NCBI GenBank assembly: GCA_036001465.1
Contig: DASYUH010000014.1
Coordinates: 40,871 to 104,870 of the forward strand
DNA from: Candidatus Polarisedimenticolia bacterium
GTDB taxonomy: Bacteria > Acidobacteriota > Polarisedimenticolia > Gp22-AA2
DNA length: 64,000 nt
Direction of reading: 5' to 3'
A model generated the notes under the pieces. That model was not told where the DNA came from. It searched no databases and saw nothing but the letters and a program-made list of their open reading frames with translations. Shown here one piece after another: positions 8,959-17,791 of this stretch (position 1 is its first letter; every line of letters begins with the position of its first letter). The position numbers and the translations under genes were made by a program.

Positions 8959-10161
8959 GTGCGCATCGAACCGTTCCGCATGGAGAGGATGCAGTCCACC
9001 TACGAGAATTACGTCGACTACAACCTGTCCGAGAGCGGCGTGCATCCGATGCGGGCGAGCGAGCTCCTGGAGCTGGGCGGCGGCGCGGCGGAGCGTTTTC
9101 TCGGCACCGAGCTGGGTTACTGCCAGTCGAACGGGACGGAGGAGCTGCGCGACCGGATCGCCGCATTCTACGACGGCGCGAAGCGCGCCAACATCCTGGT
9201 CACGAACGGCGGCTCCGAGGCGAACTACGCGACGCTCTGGTCCCTCCTGGAGCGCGGTGACCGCGTGGCGTTCATGCTCCCGAACTACCTGCAGGCCTGG
9301 GGACTGTCGCGCGCCTTCGCCGGCCGGGCCGACGCCTTCCGACTGGTCCCCCGTCGGGATGGGGGGACGATGCGCTGGGCGCTCGATGTGGACGGGCTGC
9401 GCCGGGCGGTCACGAAAAAGACGCGCGCGATCGTGATCACGAACCCGAACAATCCGACCGGGGGGATCCTGACGGACGCCGAGATGGACGAGGTGGTGCG
9501 TGCCGCGCGCCGATCGGGCGCCTGGATCCTGGCCGACGAGATCTACCGGGGCGCCGAGGTCTCCGGCCGGACCGCGCCGAGCTTCTGGGGTCGCCACGAG
9601 CGGGTGCTGATCACGTCCGGCCTGTCGAAGGCGTTCGGCCTGCCCGGCCTCCGGATCGGCTGGGTGGCGGGCCCGGCCGCCGCCGTCGGTCGGATCTGGT
9701 CGTACCGCGACTACACGACGATCGCTCCGGGCATCCTGTCGGACTACCTGGGGCGGCTCGCCATGGACCCCAAGAGGCGCGAAGCGATCTTTTCGCGGAC
9801 GCGGGCCATCATCAGGCGCAATCTGCCGGTGATCGAAAAGTGGCTGCGCGCGCACGACGACGTCTTCGGGTACATCCAGCCGCAGGCGGGCGCCATCGTG
9901 TTCGCCCGCTACGCCCTGCCGATCGGATCGGTGGCGCTGGTGGAACGGCTGCGGACCTCCAGGTCGGTCCTGGTGTGCGCCGGAGACCAGTTCGGCACGG
10001 GCCGCCACCTGCGCTTCGGCTTCGGATCGGACGCCGACTACATGATGAGGGGCCTGGAGCGCGTCGGCGAGACGCTGGCGGAGCTGCGCAAGGGTCGGCC
10101 GCGCCGCGCCGAGCCCGCGGAGCGCCAGCCGCGCCGTCGCGCGGTCGTCGGCGCGCGCTAG
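8959..10161 (+). CDS. PLP-dependent aminotransferase (class I/II fold)
   Basis: GTG at 8959 preceded by GGAGGA RBS; contains NPxNPTG motif (ITNPNNPTGGIL) and the SKAFGLPGLRIGW lysine region typical of aspartate/aromatic aminotransferase-family enzymes. Confidence 0.8.
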   Translation: MRIEPFRMERMQSTYENYVDYNLSESGVHPMRASELLELGGGAAERFLGTELGYCQSNGTEELRDRIAAFYDGAKRANILVTNGGSEANYATLWSLLERGDRVAFMLPNYLQAWGLSRAFAGRADAFRLVPRRDGGTMRWALDVDGLRRAVTKKTRAIVITNPNNPTGGILTDAEMDEVVRAARRSGAWILADEIYRGAEVSGRTAPSFWGRHERVLITSGLSKAFGLPGLRIGWVAGPAAAVGRIWSYRDYTTIAPGILSDYLGRLAMDPKRREAIFSRTRAIIRRNLPVIEKWLRAHDDVFGYIQPQAGAIVFARYALPIGSVALVERLRTSRSVLVCAGDQFGTGRHLRFGFGSDADYMMRGLERVGETLAELRKGRPRRAEPAERQPRRRAVVGAR

Positions 10162-11639
10162 GAGCCGGCCGCGAGCAGGTCGCGCGCCGCGCGCCTGGCC
10201 TCCTCGAGCGTCGCCACCTTGCCGTCGAGCTGCATCTCGTAAACCGCCCGCGTGATCCGGCCGACGGCCGGGCCCGGCTGCAGCCCCATCTCGAGCAGGT
10301 GCCGGCCCATGAGGATCGGGGCCGGCGGGCGGCTCTCGACACGAAGACCGCGCACCTTCGTGATGAACCACTCCTGCGCCTCGGTCGAGAAGGAGCCGGT
10401 GCGGCCGAGGCAATCGGCGCGCGACACGCGGTACAGGAGATCCGGCTCGAGGCGGCGCGCCAGCCGGCGGAAGGCGCCGTCACCGACGTTGTCCCGGTTC
10501 TTGTAATAGTGGCTGGGCGTCAGGTGGTGCGCGACCAGCTGCACCACCTGCTCGCGCAGGTCGTAGCCCTGCAGCGAGTGGACGTTCAGCCGATCGAGGA
10601 AGGCGCGGGTGGGGGCGACTCCGGCCGCCTCGTGCTCGTACGAGCGGATGCGCCCGTCCACCATGGCCGTGGTCGCCGGCTTGCCGAAGTCGTGGCAGAC
10701 GACCGCCAGCAGGACCGCCAGGGCCTTCTCCTTCGGGAGGCCTTCGATCTCCCCTTTCGCCACGTCGATCGCCAGGAGGGTGTGGGTCCAGACGTCCCCT
10801 TCGGGATGCCATTCCCGCTCTTGAAGACAGCCCTGAAGCGCCTTCAGCTCCGGGAACAGGCGGTCGACGATGCCGAGGCGATCGGCCCACGACAGCCCGA
10901 CGGAAGGGCGCGCGGACAGGAGAAGCAGCTTTTCGATCTCGCCCCAGATGCGCTCGGCGGGCAGGTCGGAGAGATCGATTCCGCGGCAGAGATCGACCGT
11001 GCCCGGCTCGATGGCGAACTCGAAGCGCGCGGCGAATTGCATCGCCCGCAGGACCCTCAGGCTGTCCTCGACGAAGGTCGACGGATCGACGGCCCGCAGG
11101 AGGCCGGCGCGGAGATCGGCGCGGCCTCCCCAGACGTCGATGATCTCGCCGGCGAGAGGGTCGAACATCATGGCGTTCATCGTGAAGTCCCGCCGCCGCG
11201 TCGCCTCGTCCCAGGAGAGTTCGGGATCCCCCAGAACCGAAAAACCGCGGTGCCCCGGGGCGACCTTGGTATCGCGCCGCGGCAGGCTGACGTCGATCGC
11301 CGCCTGGGATCCGCCCGCCGCCCGGGGGACGAGCTTGTAGACCGCGAAGGACTGGCCGACGAGCCTCACCTCCCCGAAACGCCCGAGAAGGGAGGCGAGC
11401 CGTTCGGCCGGCAGGCGATACACCTCGAGGTCGTACTCGGAGGCGGGCATCCCGGAGAGCCCCCTGAGGCGCAGCGCCTCGAAGTCGCGCACCCATCCTC
11501 CGACCAGGAAGGCCCGGCCCCCCTGGTCCCGCACGTTCTCGCAGATTTGCAGAACGACCGGATCGATGGCGCTCACGCTCCCAGTATAAGGGAGGCGCGA
11601 CAGGGCCGTCCCCATTGGAAATGCCCAAATCCTGGACAC
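10158..11639 (-). CDS. cca: CCA-adding enzyme / poly(A) polymerase family tRNA nucleotidyltransferase with HD domain
   Basis: N-terminal Pol-β nucleotidyltransferase head (GGWVRD...DxD region), C-terminal HD domain (VCHDFGKP); start ambiguous (GTG 11639 or ATG 11615). Confidence 0.7.
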   Translation of the reverse strand: MSRIWAFPMGTALSRLPYTGSVSAIDPVVLQICENVRDQGGRAFLVGGWVRDFEALRLRGLSGMPASEYDLEVYRLPAERLASLLGRFGEVRLVGQSFAVYKLVPRAAGGSQAAIDVSLPRRDTKVAPGHRGFSVLGDPELSWDEATRRRDFTMNAMMFDPLAGEIIDVWGGRADLRAGLLRAVDPSTFVEDSLRVLRAMQFAARFEFAIEPGTVDLCRGIDLSDLPAERIWGEIEKLLLLSARPSVGLSWADRLGIVDRLFPELKALQGCLQEREWHPEGDVWTHTLLAIDVAKGEIEGLPKEKALAVLLAVVCHDFGKPATTAMVDGRIRSYEHEAAGVAPTRAFLDRLNVHSLQGYDLREQVVQLVAHHLTPSHYYKNRDNVGDGAFRRLARRLEPDLLYRVSRADCLGRTGSFSTEAQEWFITKVRGLRVESRPPAPILMGRHLLEMGLQPGPAVGRITRAVYEMQLDGKVATLEEARRAARDLLAAGS

Positions 11640-11730
11640 TTATCCGCGCCCCGGGGACTTGACTCCCTCCGGGGGGAACCTAACTTGAAGCAGGGGTCTG
11701 TCGGACCGACGTCGGTTCGATGACAGAAGA

Positions 11731-12756
11731 ATGCAAGGGGCCGGATCCGTGAGCGATCGGCGTCCCGGGGGACGCGTCGGGAAGGTCAGGAGCCTGCTTT
11801 CGGCCGTCCTCACCGCGGGACTCTGCGCGTTGGGTCCGGCGTGCGTGCAGGGGCGGCAGGAGCCCCTGCGCATCGCCGTCAACGCCTGGCCGCCGTTCGA
11901 GCTTCTCTACCTGGCGCGTGAGAAGGGCTTCTTCGAGGCCGAGAAGGTCGAGATCGATCTCATCGATTTCTCCTCCTACACCGGGATTCTGAGGTCGTAC
12001 CACCAGGGAAACGTGGACGGATTCTTCGCGACGCTCAACGAAGTCCAGATCGCCGACAACTTCCAGGACCAGCCCGTCGTCACCCTGGTGGTCGACTACT
12101 CATTCGGCGGGGACGCCCTGGTCGTCAAGGACGGCATCCGGGACCTGAGGGGCCTCAGGGGCCGGCGCATCGCCTACGAGGAGTCGGCCCTCGGGGCGTA
12201 CGCGCTCGAGCGCCTCCTGGAGATCGGCGGGCTCCGGCCGGACGAGGTCGTGTCGGTGAGCCGGCTCCCCGAAGAGGCCGAGCAGGATTTCCACCGGGGG
12301 ACGGTGGACGGCGTCATCACGTACGAGCCCGGCCTGGGTCGACTCTTGCGCAGCGAGGGGGCGCGCGTGCTCTTCTCGTCCCGCGACATTCCGGGCGAGA
12401 TCGTCGACGTGATGGCGATGCGCCGCTCGGTCGTCGACCGGCGGGCCGGCGAGCTGCGCGGAGTCCTGCGCGCGTGGTTCCGGGCGCTGGCCTACATGAA
12501 GCAGGAGCCGCTGGAAGCGGCCGCCAGCATGGCCCGGCGCCACAACCTGACGGTCGAGGAGTTCCAGCACGGCCTGGAAGGGGCGCACGTCCCCGACCTG
12601 TCCGAGAATCGTGAGCTTTTGGGGAGCTCGAGCGCACCGGGGAGGCTGCACGAGACGGCGGCCCGCATGGCGAAGTTCCTGGTGCGCCATGGCCTGACCC
12701 GGCGATCCGTCTCCGGGACGGATCTGATCCGCCCCGAACTCATCGAGTCCCTGTAG
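11731..12756 (+). CDS. NMT1/THI5-like ABC-type (nitrate/sulfonate/bicarbonate family) substrate-binding protein with signal peptide
   Basis: N-terminal signal/lipobox-like segment (LLSAVLTAGLCALGPAC), periplasmic SBP fold features; 9 nt upstream of a sensor kinase. Confidence 0.6.
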   Translation: MQGAGSVSDRRPGGRVGKVRSLLSAVLTAGLCALGPACVQGRQEPLRIAVNAWPPFELLYLAREKGFFEAEKVEIDLIDFSSYTGILRSYHQGNVDGFFATLNEVQIADNFQDQPVVTLVVDYSFGGDALVVKDGIRDLRGLRGRRIAYEESALGAYALERLLEIGGLRPDEVVSVSRLPEEAEQDFHRGTVDGVITYEPGLGRLLRSEGARVLFSSRDIPGEIVDVMAMRRSVVDRRAGELRGVLRAWFRALAYMKQEPLEAAASMARRHNLTVEEFQHGLEGAHVPDLSENRELLGSSSAPGRLHETAARMAKFLVRHGLTRRSVSGTDLIRPELIESL

Positions 12757-12765
12757 GCGGACACC

Positions 12766-15180
12766 GTGCGGCGCGTCCTCTCCCGGTTTCCCACCTCGAC
12801 CCTGATGGGCCTCGCCTTCATCATCCCCGGGATGCTCATCGCCGGAGGCCTGCTCTACTACCACTCCATGGAGGCGCGGCAGTTCCTGGCGGACGAGGGG
12901 GTGCGCTACGGGGACATGCTCGCCGATCAGCTCCTGTCCGCGTCGCAGCGCTTCATGCGGCTCGGGTCGCGATCTTCGGTGCAGGAGGTGATCGAGGAGA
13001 CCGGCAGCAAGCGGTCGGTGGTCTACATCGCACTCATCGGCAAGGACGGCCGGGTGATCGCCGCCAGCCGGCGCGACTGGATCGGCCACGATGCGTCGAT
13101 CATCCCGGATCCCGATTTCGCGGACATCGCCGTGCTCGCACGCAGCACGGCGCGGCCGCAGCACCGCCTCGTGGAGGACGGCAGGCGCCTCATCCTGGTC
13201 TCGCCGCTGCTCCTGGAAGGCGTCAATCCGAACCTTTCCAACCTCGGCGGCCTGCTCTGCCTGAAGGTCAACCAGGAGAGGCAGCTGGCGAACATGTACG
13301 AGGAGATCATGGAGCGCGGCGTGGTGACGGCGCTTGGCATCCTGCTGGGAAGCCTGGTCCTCCTGGTGTGGGTCCGCGCGATCCTGGCGCAGCCGATCCT
13401 GCGGGTCGCAACCTTCGTGCGGGCCTTCGCGAAGGGGGCGAGCGGGCCGCCGCCTCCATCCGCCGGCACGCTCGAGGTGGCGCAGCTCACCGAGGACGTG
13501 GCGTCGATGGCGAGGGATCTCGACGCGAAGCAGGCCGCCCTGGCCGCCTCGACGGAGCGCCATCGCCTGCTCCTGGAAGGCGCCTACGACGCCATCCTCA
13601 CGGCGGACCCGGAGACCGGCCGCATCCTCGAGGTCAATGCCATGTTCTGCAGGCTGTTCGGCTATTCCACGGAGGATGCAATCGCCCTCAGCCTGCGCGA
13701 CCTGCACCCGCCGGAGGAGAGCGAGCGCCTCATGCAGGCGTATCAGGCGGCCTCGCCCGGCGGCCACGACGGCTTCCACGGCATTCCGTGCGTCCGCCGG
13801 AACGGCGAGCGCTTCCACGTCGACGTGCGCGGCGGCCCGGTTTCCCTCGACAACCGCACCGTGACGGAGTGGATCCTACGCGACACGACCGACAGGAAGA
13901 ACCTGGAGGACCAGCTCCGCCAGGCGCAGAAGATGGAGAGCGTCGGCACGCTCGCCGGCGGCATCGCGCACGACTTCAACAACCTCCTGACCGGCATCCT
14001 CGGCTACGCGCGGCTCGTCAAGGTCCGGCTGCCCGAGGAAGACACGAATCGCCGCAAACTGGACCTGATCGAGAAGTCGGCGCTGCGCGCCGCCGAGCTG
14101 ACGGCGCAGCTCCTGACGTTCAGCCGGCGCGCGGCCACCCGCCCTTCGCCCGCAAACCTGAACGAGACCGTCGCGACATTCATCGAGGATCTGCGCCCGA
14201 AGCTGCCGCCGGTCATCGAGCTGGTCTTCGAGGGCGCGCCCGATCTCTGGACCGCCGCCGTGGACACGGCGCAGGTGGAGCAGGTCCTCCTGCATCTCTG
14301 CGCCAACGCCAGGGAGGCGATGCCGGAGGGGGGCCGCCTCGAGATCAGGACGGCCAACAGGACGCTCTCCGCGGCCGACGCGCAGGGGAACCTGGAGGCC
14401 AGGCCGGGCCGTTTCGTGACGCTGTCCGTTCAGGACACCGGGCGGGGCATCCAGCCCTCCGTCAGGTCGCGCATCTTCGAGCCCTTCTTCACGACCAAGG
14501 AGCTCGGCAGGGGCGCGGGCATGGGACTGGCGATGGTGCACGGCGCGGTCAAGGGACACGACGGCTGGGTCGAGATCGACAGCGAGCCGGGGCGCGGGGC
14601 GTGCTTCTCGGTCCACTTTCCGATCTACGACGAGGCGGCGGCCTCCGATCGAGCCGCGGTCGAGTCGCCGGCCGTCCTTCTGGAGCGCCTCGCCGGAATC
14701 GCGCGGCACCCTCCGGCCGCAGCGCGCCTCCAAGGCGCGGCACGATCCTCCGGGGCGGGCGGGGGACGGGCCCCGGCGCGCACCGTCCTGGCGGTCGACG
14801 ACGAGTCGACCGTCCTGGCCCTGGTGCGCGACATCCTGGAGATGCACGGCTACCGGGTCCTGACGGCCCGCAACGGCGAGGAGGCCCTGCGCGTCTTCCG
14901 GGATCAGGCGGCGGCCATCGACCTGGTCCTGCTCGACCTGACGATGCCGGTCATGGGCGGACGGGAGTGCTTCAAGCACATGAAGGAGATCGACCCGCGG
15001 GTGCGGGTGCTGGTCAGCAGCGGCTTCTCGGCCGAAAGCACCGCCAGCGAGATGCTGAGCGAAGGGGCGCTCGCGTACGTCCAGAAGCCGTACGACATCG
15101 ACGCGCTCGCGCGCGTCGTCCGTCAGGCCCTGGGCGAGGAGTCGCAGCCGGCCGCGATGTCCGCGAGCGGCCCGGGTTAG
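12766..15180 (+). CDS. Hybrid sensor histidine kinase (2 TM + periplasmic sensor, HAMP, PAS, HisKA/HATPase, C-terminal receiver)
   Basis: H-box IAHDFNNLLTGILGYA, G-box motifs, PAS region, and C-terminal REC domain (VLAVDDE...LDLTMPVMGG). Confidence 0.8.
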   Translation: MRRVLSRFPTSTLMGLAFIIPGMLIAGGLLYYHSMEARQFLADEGVRYGDMLADQLLSASQRFMRLGSRSSVQEVIEETGSKRSVVYIALIGKDGRVIAASRRDWIGHDASIIPDPDFADIAVLARSTARPQHRLVEDGRRLILVSPLLLEGVNPNLSNLGGLLCLKVNQERQLANMYEEIMERGVVTALGILLGSLVLLVWVRAILAQPILRVATFVRAFAKGASGPPPPSAGTLEVAQLTEDVASMARDLDAKQAALAASTERHRLLLEGAYDAILTADPETGRILEVNAMFCRLFGYSTEDAIALSLRDLHPPEESERLMQAYQAASPGGHDGFHGIPCVRRNGERFHVDVRGGPVSLDNRTVTEWILRDTTDRKNLEDQLRQAQKMESVGTLAGGIAHDFNNLLTGILGYARLVKVRLPEEDTNRRKLDLIEKSALRAAELTAQLLTFSRRAATRPSPANLNETVATFIEDLRPKLPPVIELVFEGAPDLWTAAVDTAQVEQVLLHLCANAREAMPEGGRLEIRTANRTLSAADAQGNLEARPGRFVTLSVQDTGRGIQPSVRSRIFEPFFTTKELGRGAGMGLAMVHGAVKGHDGWVEIDSEPGRGACFSVHFPIYDEAAASDRAAVESPAVLLERLAGIARHPPAAARLQGAARSSGAGGGRAPARTVLAVDDESTVLALVRDILEMHGYRVLTARNGEEALRVFRDQAAAIDLVLLDLTMPVMGGRECFKHMKEIDPRVRVLVSSGFSAESTASEMLSEGALAYVQKPYDIDALARVVRQALGEESQPAAMSASGPG

Positions 15181-15218
15181 GTGCCGGCCGAAGACTCGGA
15201 CAGGCTCCTCGAGCCGGG

Positions 15219-15258
15219 TTGACGGCGCACGCGGATACATCTATACTTATCGATGTAT
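15219..15258 (+). promoter_or_regulatory. Putative ars promoter (TTGACG-17-TATACT) with overlapping 7-bp inverted repeat ATACATC-N10-GATGTAT (candidate ArsR operator); near-leaderless arsR
   Basis: Read directly: ttgacg 15219-15224, tatact 15242-15247, IR arms 15235-15241 and 15252-15258; arsR ATG at 15257. Confidence 0.45.
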
Positions 15259-15565
15259 GAAATCCGACCCGGACCTGGTGAGGGCGTTCAAGGCGCTGGG
15301 TGACCCGACCCGCCTGAGAATCCTGGATCTCCTGCGATCCGCCGGACGGTCATGCTGTGGCCTGATCTCGCGCGATGAGCGCGGACTCTGCGCCTGCGAC
15401 GTCGAGCGGGCCATCGGCCTGTCTCAGGCGGCGGTGTCGCATCACATGGCGGTCCTCATCCGCGCCGGGCTCGTGGAGGCCGAAAAGCGTGGCCGCTGGA
15501 TGTTCTACGGGAGGAACGAAGCGGCGCTGGCACGGCTGGCGGGGTCGATCCGGAAGGCCGTGTAA
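15257..15565 (+). CDS. arsR: ArsR/SmtB-family metalloregulator
   Basis: 102 aa; wHTH with metal-binding Cys cluster (SCCGLISRDERGLCAC) and RLRIL/HHM motifs. Confidence 0.8.
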   Translation: MKSDPDLVRAFKALGDPTRLRILDLLRSAGRSCCGLISRDERGLCACDVERAIGLSQAAVSHHMAVLIRAGLVEAEKRGRWMFYGRNEAALARLAGSIRKAV

Positions 15566-15618
15566 AAAAAATTGTTCAAACATATCGACACTTCTGGATG
15601 TGTCGAACTGGAGGGCTC

Positions 15619-16035
15619 ATGACACCGTCCGTGCACATCTCGCTCCGCGTTCGCGACCTCGACCGCTCGGTCGACTTCTACCGGCGCTTCTTCGGAGAGC
15701 CCGCGAAACTCAAGCCAGGCTATGCCAAGTTCATCGCGGCTGAACCGGAAATCCATCTCGCCCTCGGGCCCGGGCTCGAGGAGGCCCACCGGTCCACGGC
15801 CCTCTCCCATCTCGGCATCCGAGTCGGATCGACCGACGAAGTGCGTCGCTGGAAGAGCGAGCTGCTGGCGCGGGGGATCCCGGTCGAAGACGAAGAGCGC
15901 GGCGAGTGCTGCTACGCGGTGCAGGAGAAGTTCTGGCTCGCGGACCCCGACGGCAATCGCTGGGAAATCTATACGGTCCTCCAGGATGTGGAGAAGCCGG
16001 TCCGTTCGGCGGCTGCCGGCTGCTGCCCGCGCTGA
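15619..16035 (+). CDS. Glyoxalase/VOC-family protein in ars operon (ArsI-like; contains vicinal CC pair)
   Basis: ATG 15619 with GGAGGG RBS; VOC fold; vicinal cysteines ERGECCYAV reminiscent of the ArsI C-As lyase As(III)-binding pair; stop overlaps aqpS start (TGATG). Confidence 0.6.
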   Translation: MTPSVHISLRVRDLDRSVDFYRRFFGEPAKLKPGYAKFIAAEPEIHLALGPGLEEAHRSTALSHLGIRVGSTDEVRRWKSELLARGIPVEDEERGECCYAVQEKFWLADPDGNRWEIYTVLQDVEKPVRSAAAGCCPR

Positions 16036-16769
16036 TGGGACCGGTCGGCAGTCACGTGTTGCGCCGGACCGTCTCGGAGGGCCTGGGGACCGCCCTCCTG
16101 CTGTCGACCATCGTGGGATCCGGGATCATGGGGAGCCGCCTCTCGGACGGGGACGCGGCGATGACGCTTCTCGTCAACAGCCTGGCGACGGGACTCGTGT
16201 TGTCCGTGCTCGTCGTGGTCCTCGCTCCGCTCTCAGGCGCCCACCTGAATCCCGCAGTCACTCTCCTCGAAGTGTTCCGTCGTCGCGCCCCTCCGGGCGA
16301 TCTGGCTCCTTACATGGCAGGACAGATTCTGGGCGGCTTCGTGGGTGTCGTCGTCGCGCACCTGATGTTCGGAGAGCAGGCCTTCGAAGCGTCGCACCAC
16401 GCCCGAAACGGTGCCGCGCAGCTCCTGAGCGAATTCGTGGCGACCTTCGGGCTCTTCACGGTCCTTCGGGGCACCGCGCGCCGCCGTCCCGAGGTGACGG
16501 CCATGGCCGTCGGAGGCTACATCACGGCGGCTTACTGGTTCACCGCTTCGACGGCATTTGCCAATCCCGCCGTGACGCTCGCCCGTTGCGCGACCGACAC
16601 GTTCGCAGGGATACGCCCTCGGGACGTGCCGGGTTTCATCATGGCTCAGCTTCTCGGCGCCGCGGCCGCGACGAGCGCATTTTCCTGGCTGGATCGAAAC
16701 CAACAGGAGATCGCCGAGGACGCCCAACCGACCGAAACCGTGCGCGCCGCAGGACCGGGCCGGCCATGA
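16035..16769 (+). CDS. aqpS: MIP-family aquaglyceroporin (AqpS-like arsenite channel)
   Basis: Two NPA boxes (HLNPAVT, NPAVT), six TM segments; position between arsR and arsC. Confidence 0.8.
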   Translation: MGPVGSHVLRRTVSEGLGTALLLSTIVGSGIMGSRLSDGDAAMTLLVNSLATGLVLSVLVVVLAPLSGAHLNPAVTLLEVFRRRAPPGDLAPYMAGQILGGFVGVVVAHLMFGEQAFEASHHARNGAAQLLSEFVATFGLFTVLRGTARRRPEVTAMAVGGYITAAYWFTASTAFANPAVTLARCATDTFAGIRPRDVPGFIMAQLLGAAAATSAFSWLDRNQQEIAEDAQPTETVRAAGPGRP

Positions 16770-17173
16770 TCACGGTGCTGTTCGCCTGTGTCGAGAACGC
16801 CGGCCGCTCCCAGATGGCGGCTGCGTTGTTCAATCGGCTCGCGGACCCCGCACTGGCTCATGCGATCTCGGCCGGTACGCAGCCCGGCGACACAGTCCAT
16901 CCTGTAGTGATCGAGGTGATGCGTGAGGCCGGGATCGATCTCAGCTCATCCCGGCCGCGAGCTCTTGCGCCCGACCTGGTTTCGTCGGCAGGCCTCCTCG
17001 TGACGATGGGTTGCGGCGAGGCGTGCCCGGTGGCGCCTGGCGCGGATCATGAGGATTGGTTCCTCGAGGATCCACGGGGACAGTCCCTCCCGGCGGTCCG
17101 GCGGATACGAGACGAAATCTCCGAGCGTGTCCGAGGCCTGATCCTCGCGAAAGGATGGGGACGTCGCGTTTGA
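16766..17173 (+). CDS. arsC: Arsenate reductase, LMW-PTP (thioredoxin-coupled) family
   Basis: 135 aa; P-loop CVENAGRSQMA plus downstream Cys pair (GCGEAC); ATG overlaps aqpS stop (ATGA). Confidence 0.8.
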   Translation: MITVLFACVENAGRSQMAAALFNRLADPALAHAISAGTQPGDTVHPVVIEVMREAGIDLSSSRPRALAPDLVSSAGLLVTMGCGEACPVAPGADHEDWFLEDPRGQSLPAVRRIRDEISERVRGLILAKGWGRRV

Positions 17174-17237
17174 CTTCTCACCGGCCTCCCTCTAGGATTC
17201 TGGCGCACGCTCAATCAACCCGTCGGGAGGTGTCCTC

Positions 17238-17621
17238 ATGAAGACATTCGCATCGGTCCTGGCCGTGCTGGCTCTCGTCGCCCTCCCGGCCGCCTTCGCC
17301 TGCGACAAGGACAAGAACGTCAATGCCCAGGCCGCCGGGTCGGACCAGTCCGGCCCCACCCGGGAAGTGGCTCTCACCGGCTATCTGACCGACTCCTACT
17401 GTGGCGCGGCGAACGCCAATGCCCAGGGCAAGTCCTGCGCCCTGGAGTGCGTCAAGAAAGGGGCCAAGGTCCAGCTGTACGCCAATGAGAAGCTGTACAC
17501 GCTCGACCAGTCCAAAGTGGCCGACGGCCACATCGGCGTGCCCGTGAGGGTGAAGGGCACGCTCGACGAGGGGACCGGCACGATCAAGGTGGCGTCGATC
17601 GAGGTCGTGAAGCAGGGCTGA
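17238..17621 (+). CDS. Small secreted Cys-containing protein (hypothetical)
   Basis: 127 aa, signal peptide MKTFASVLAVLALVALPAAFA, four Cys; followed by an intrinsic terminator. Confidence 0.5.
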   Translation: MKTFASVLAVLALVALPAAFACDKDKNVNAQAAGSDQSGPTREVALTGYLTDSYCGAANANAQGKSCALECVKKGAKVQLYANEKLYTLDQSKVADGHIGVPVRVKGTLDEGTGTIKVASIEVVKQG

Positions 17622-17658
17622 TCGTCTCACGCCAAATCCATGAAGAAGATGCCCCGGA

Positions 17659-17688
17659 GGGCCGCGGCGACGCGGCCTTCTTTTCTTT
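17659..17688 (+). terminator. Rho-independent terminator (GGGCCGCG-GCGA-CGCGGCC + TTCTTTTCTTT)
   Basis: Perfect 7-8 bp GC stem, tetraloop, then an 11-nt T-rich tract, 38 nt after the stop of the 17238..17621 gene. Confidence 0.65.
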
Positions 17689-17791
17689 AGGAGGCCGTTC
17701 GAGCATTCGGACAGGCTCCCGGGGGCGCGGGCGGGGAATCGAATAACCGATCGGACCCGTCATTTCCACCCATTCGGACACGGCAGGGACC

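Noticed and set aside
7749-8999. 416-aa minus ORF overlapping the ornithine cyclodeaminase gene
   Set aside because: Alternative frame of the same strand as the OCD gene; Arg/Pro/Gly-rich, no domain.
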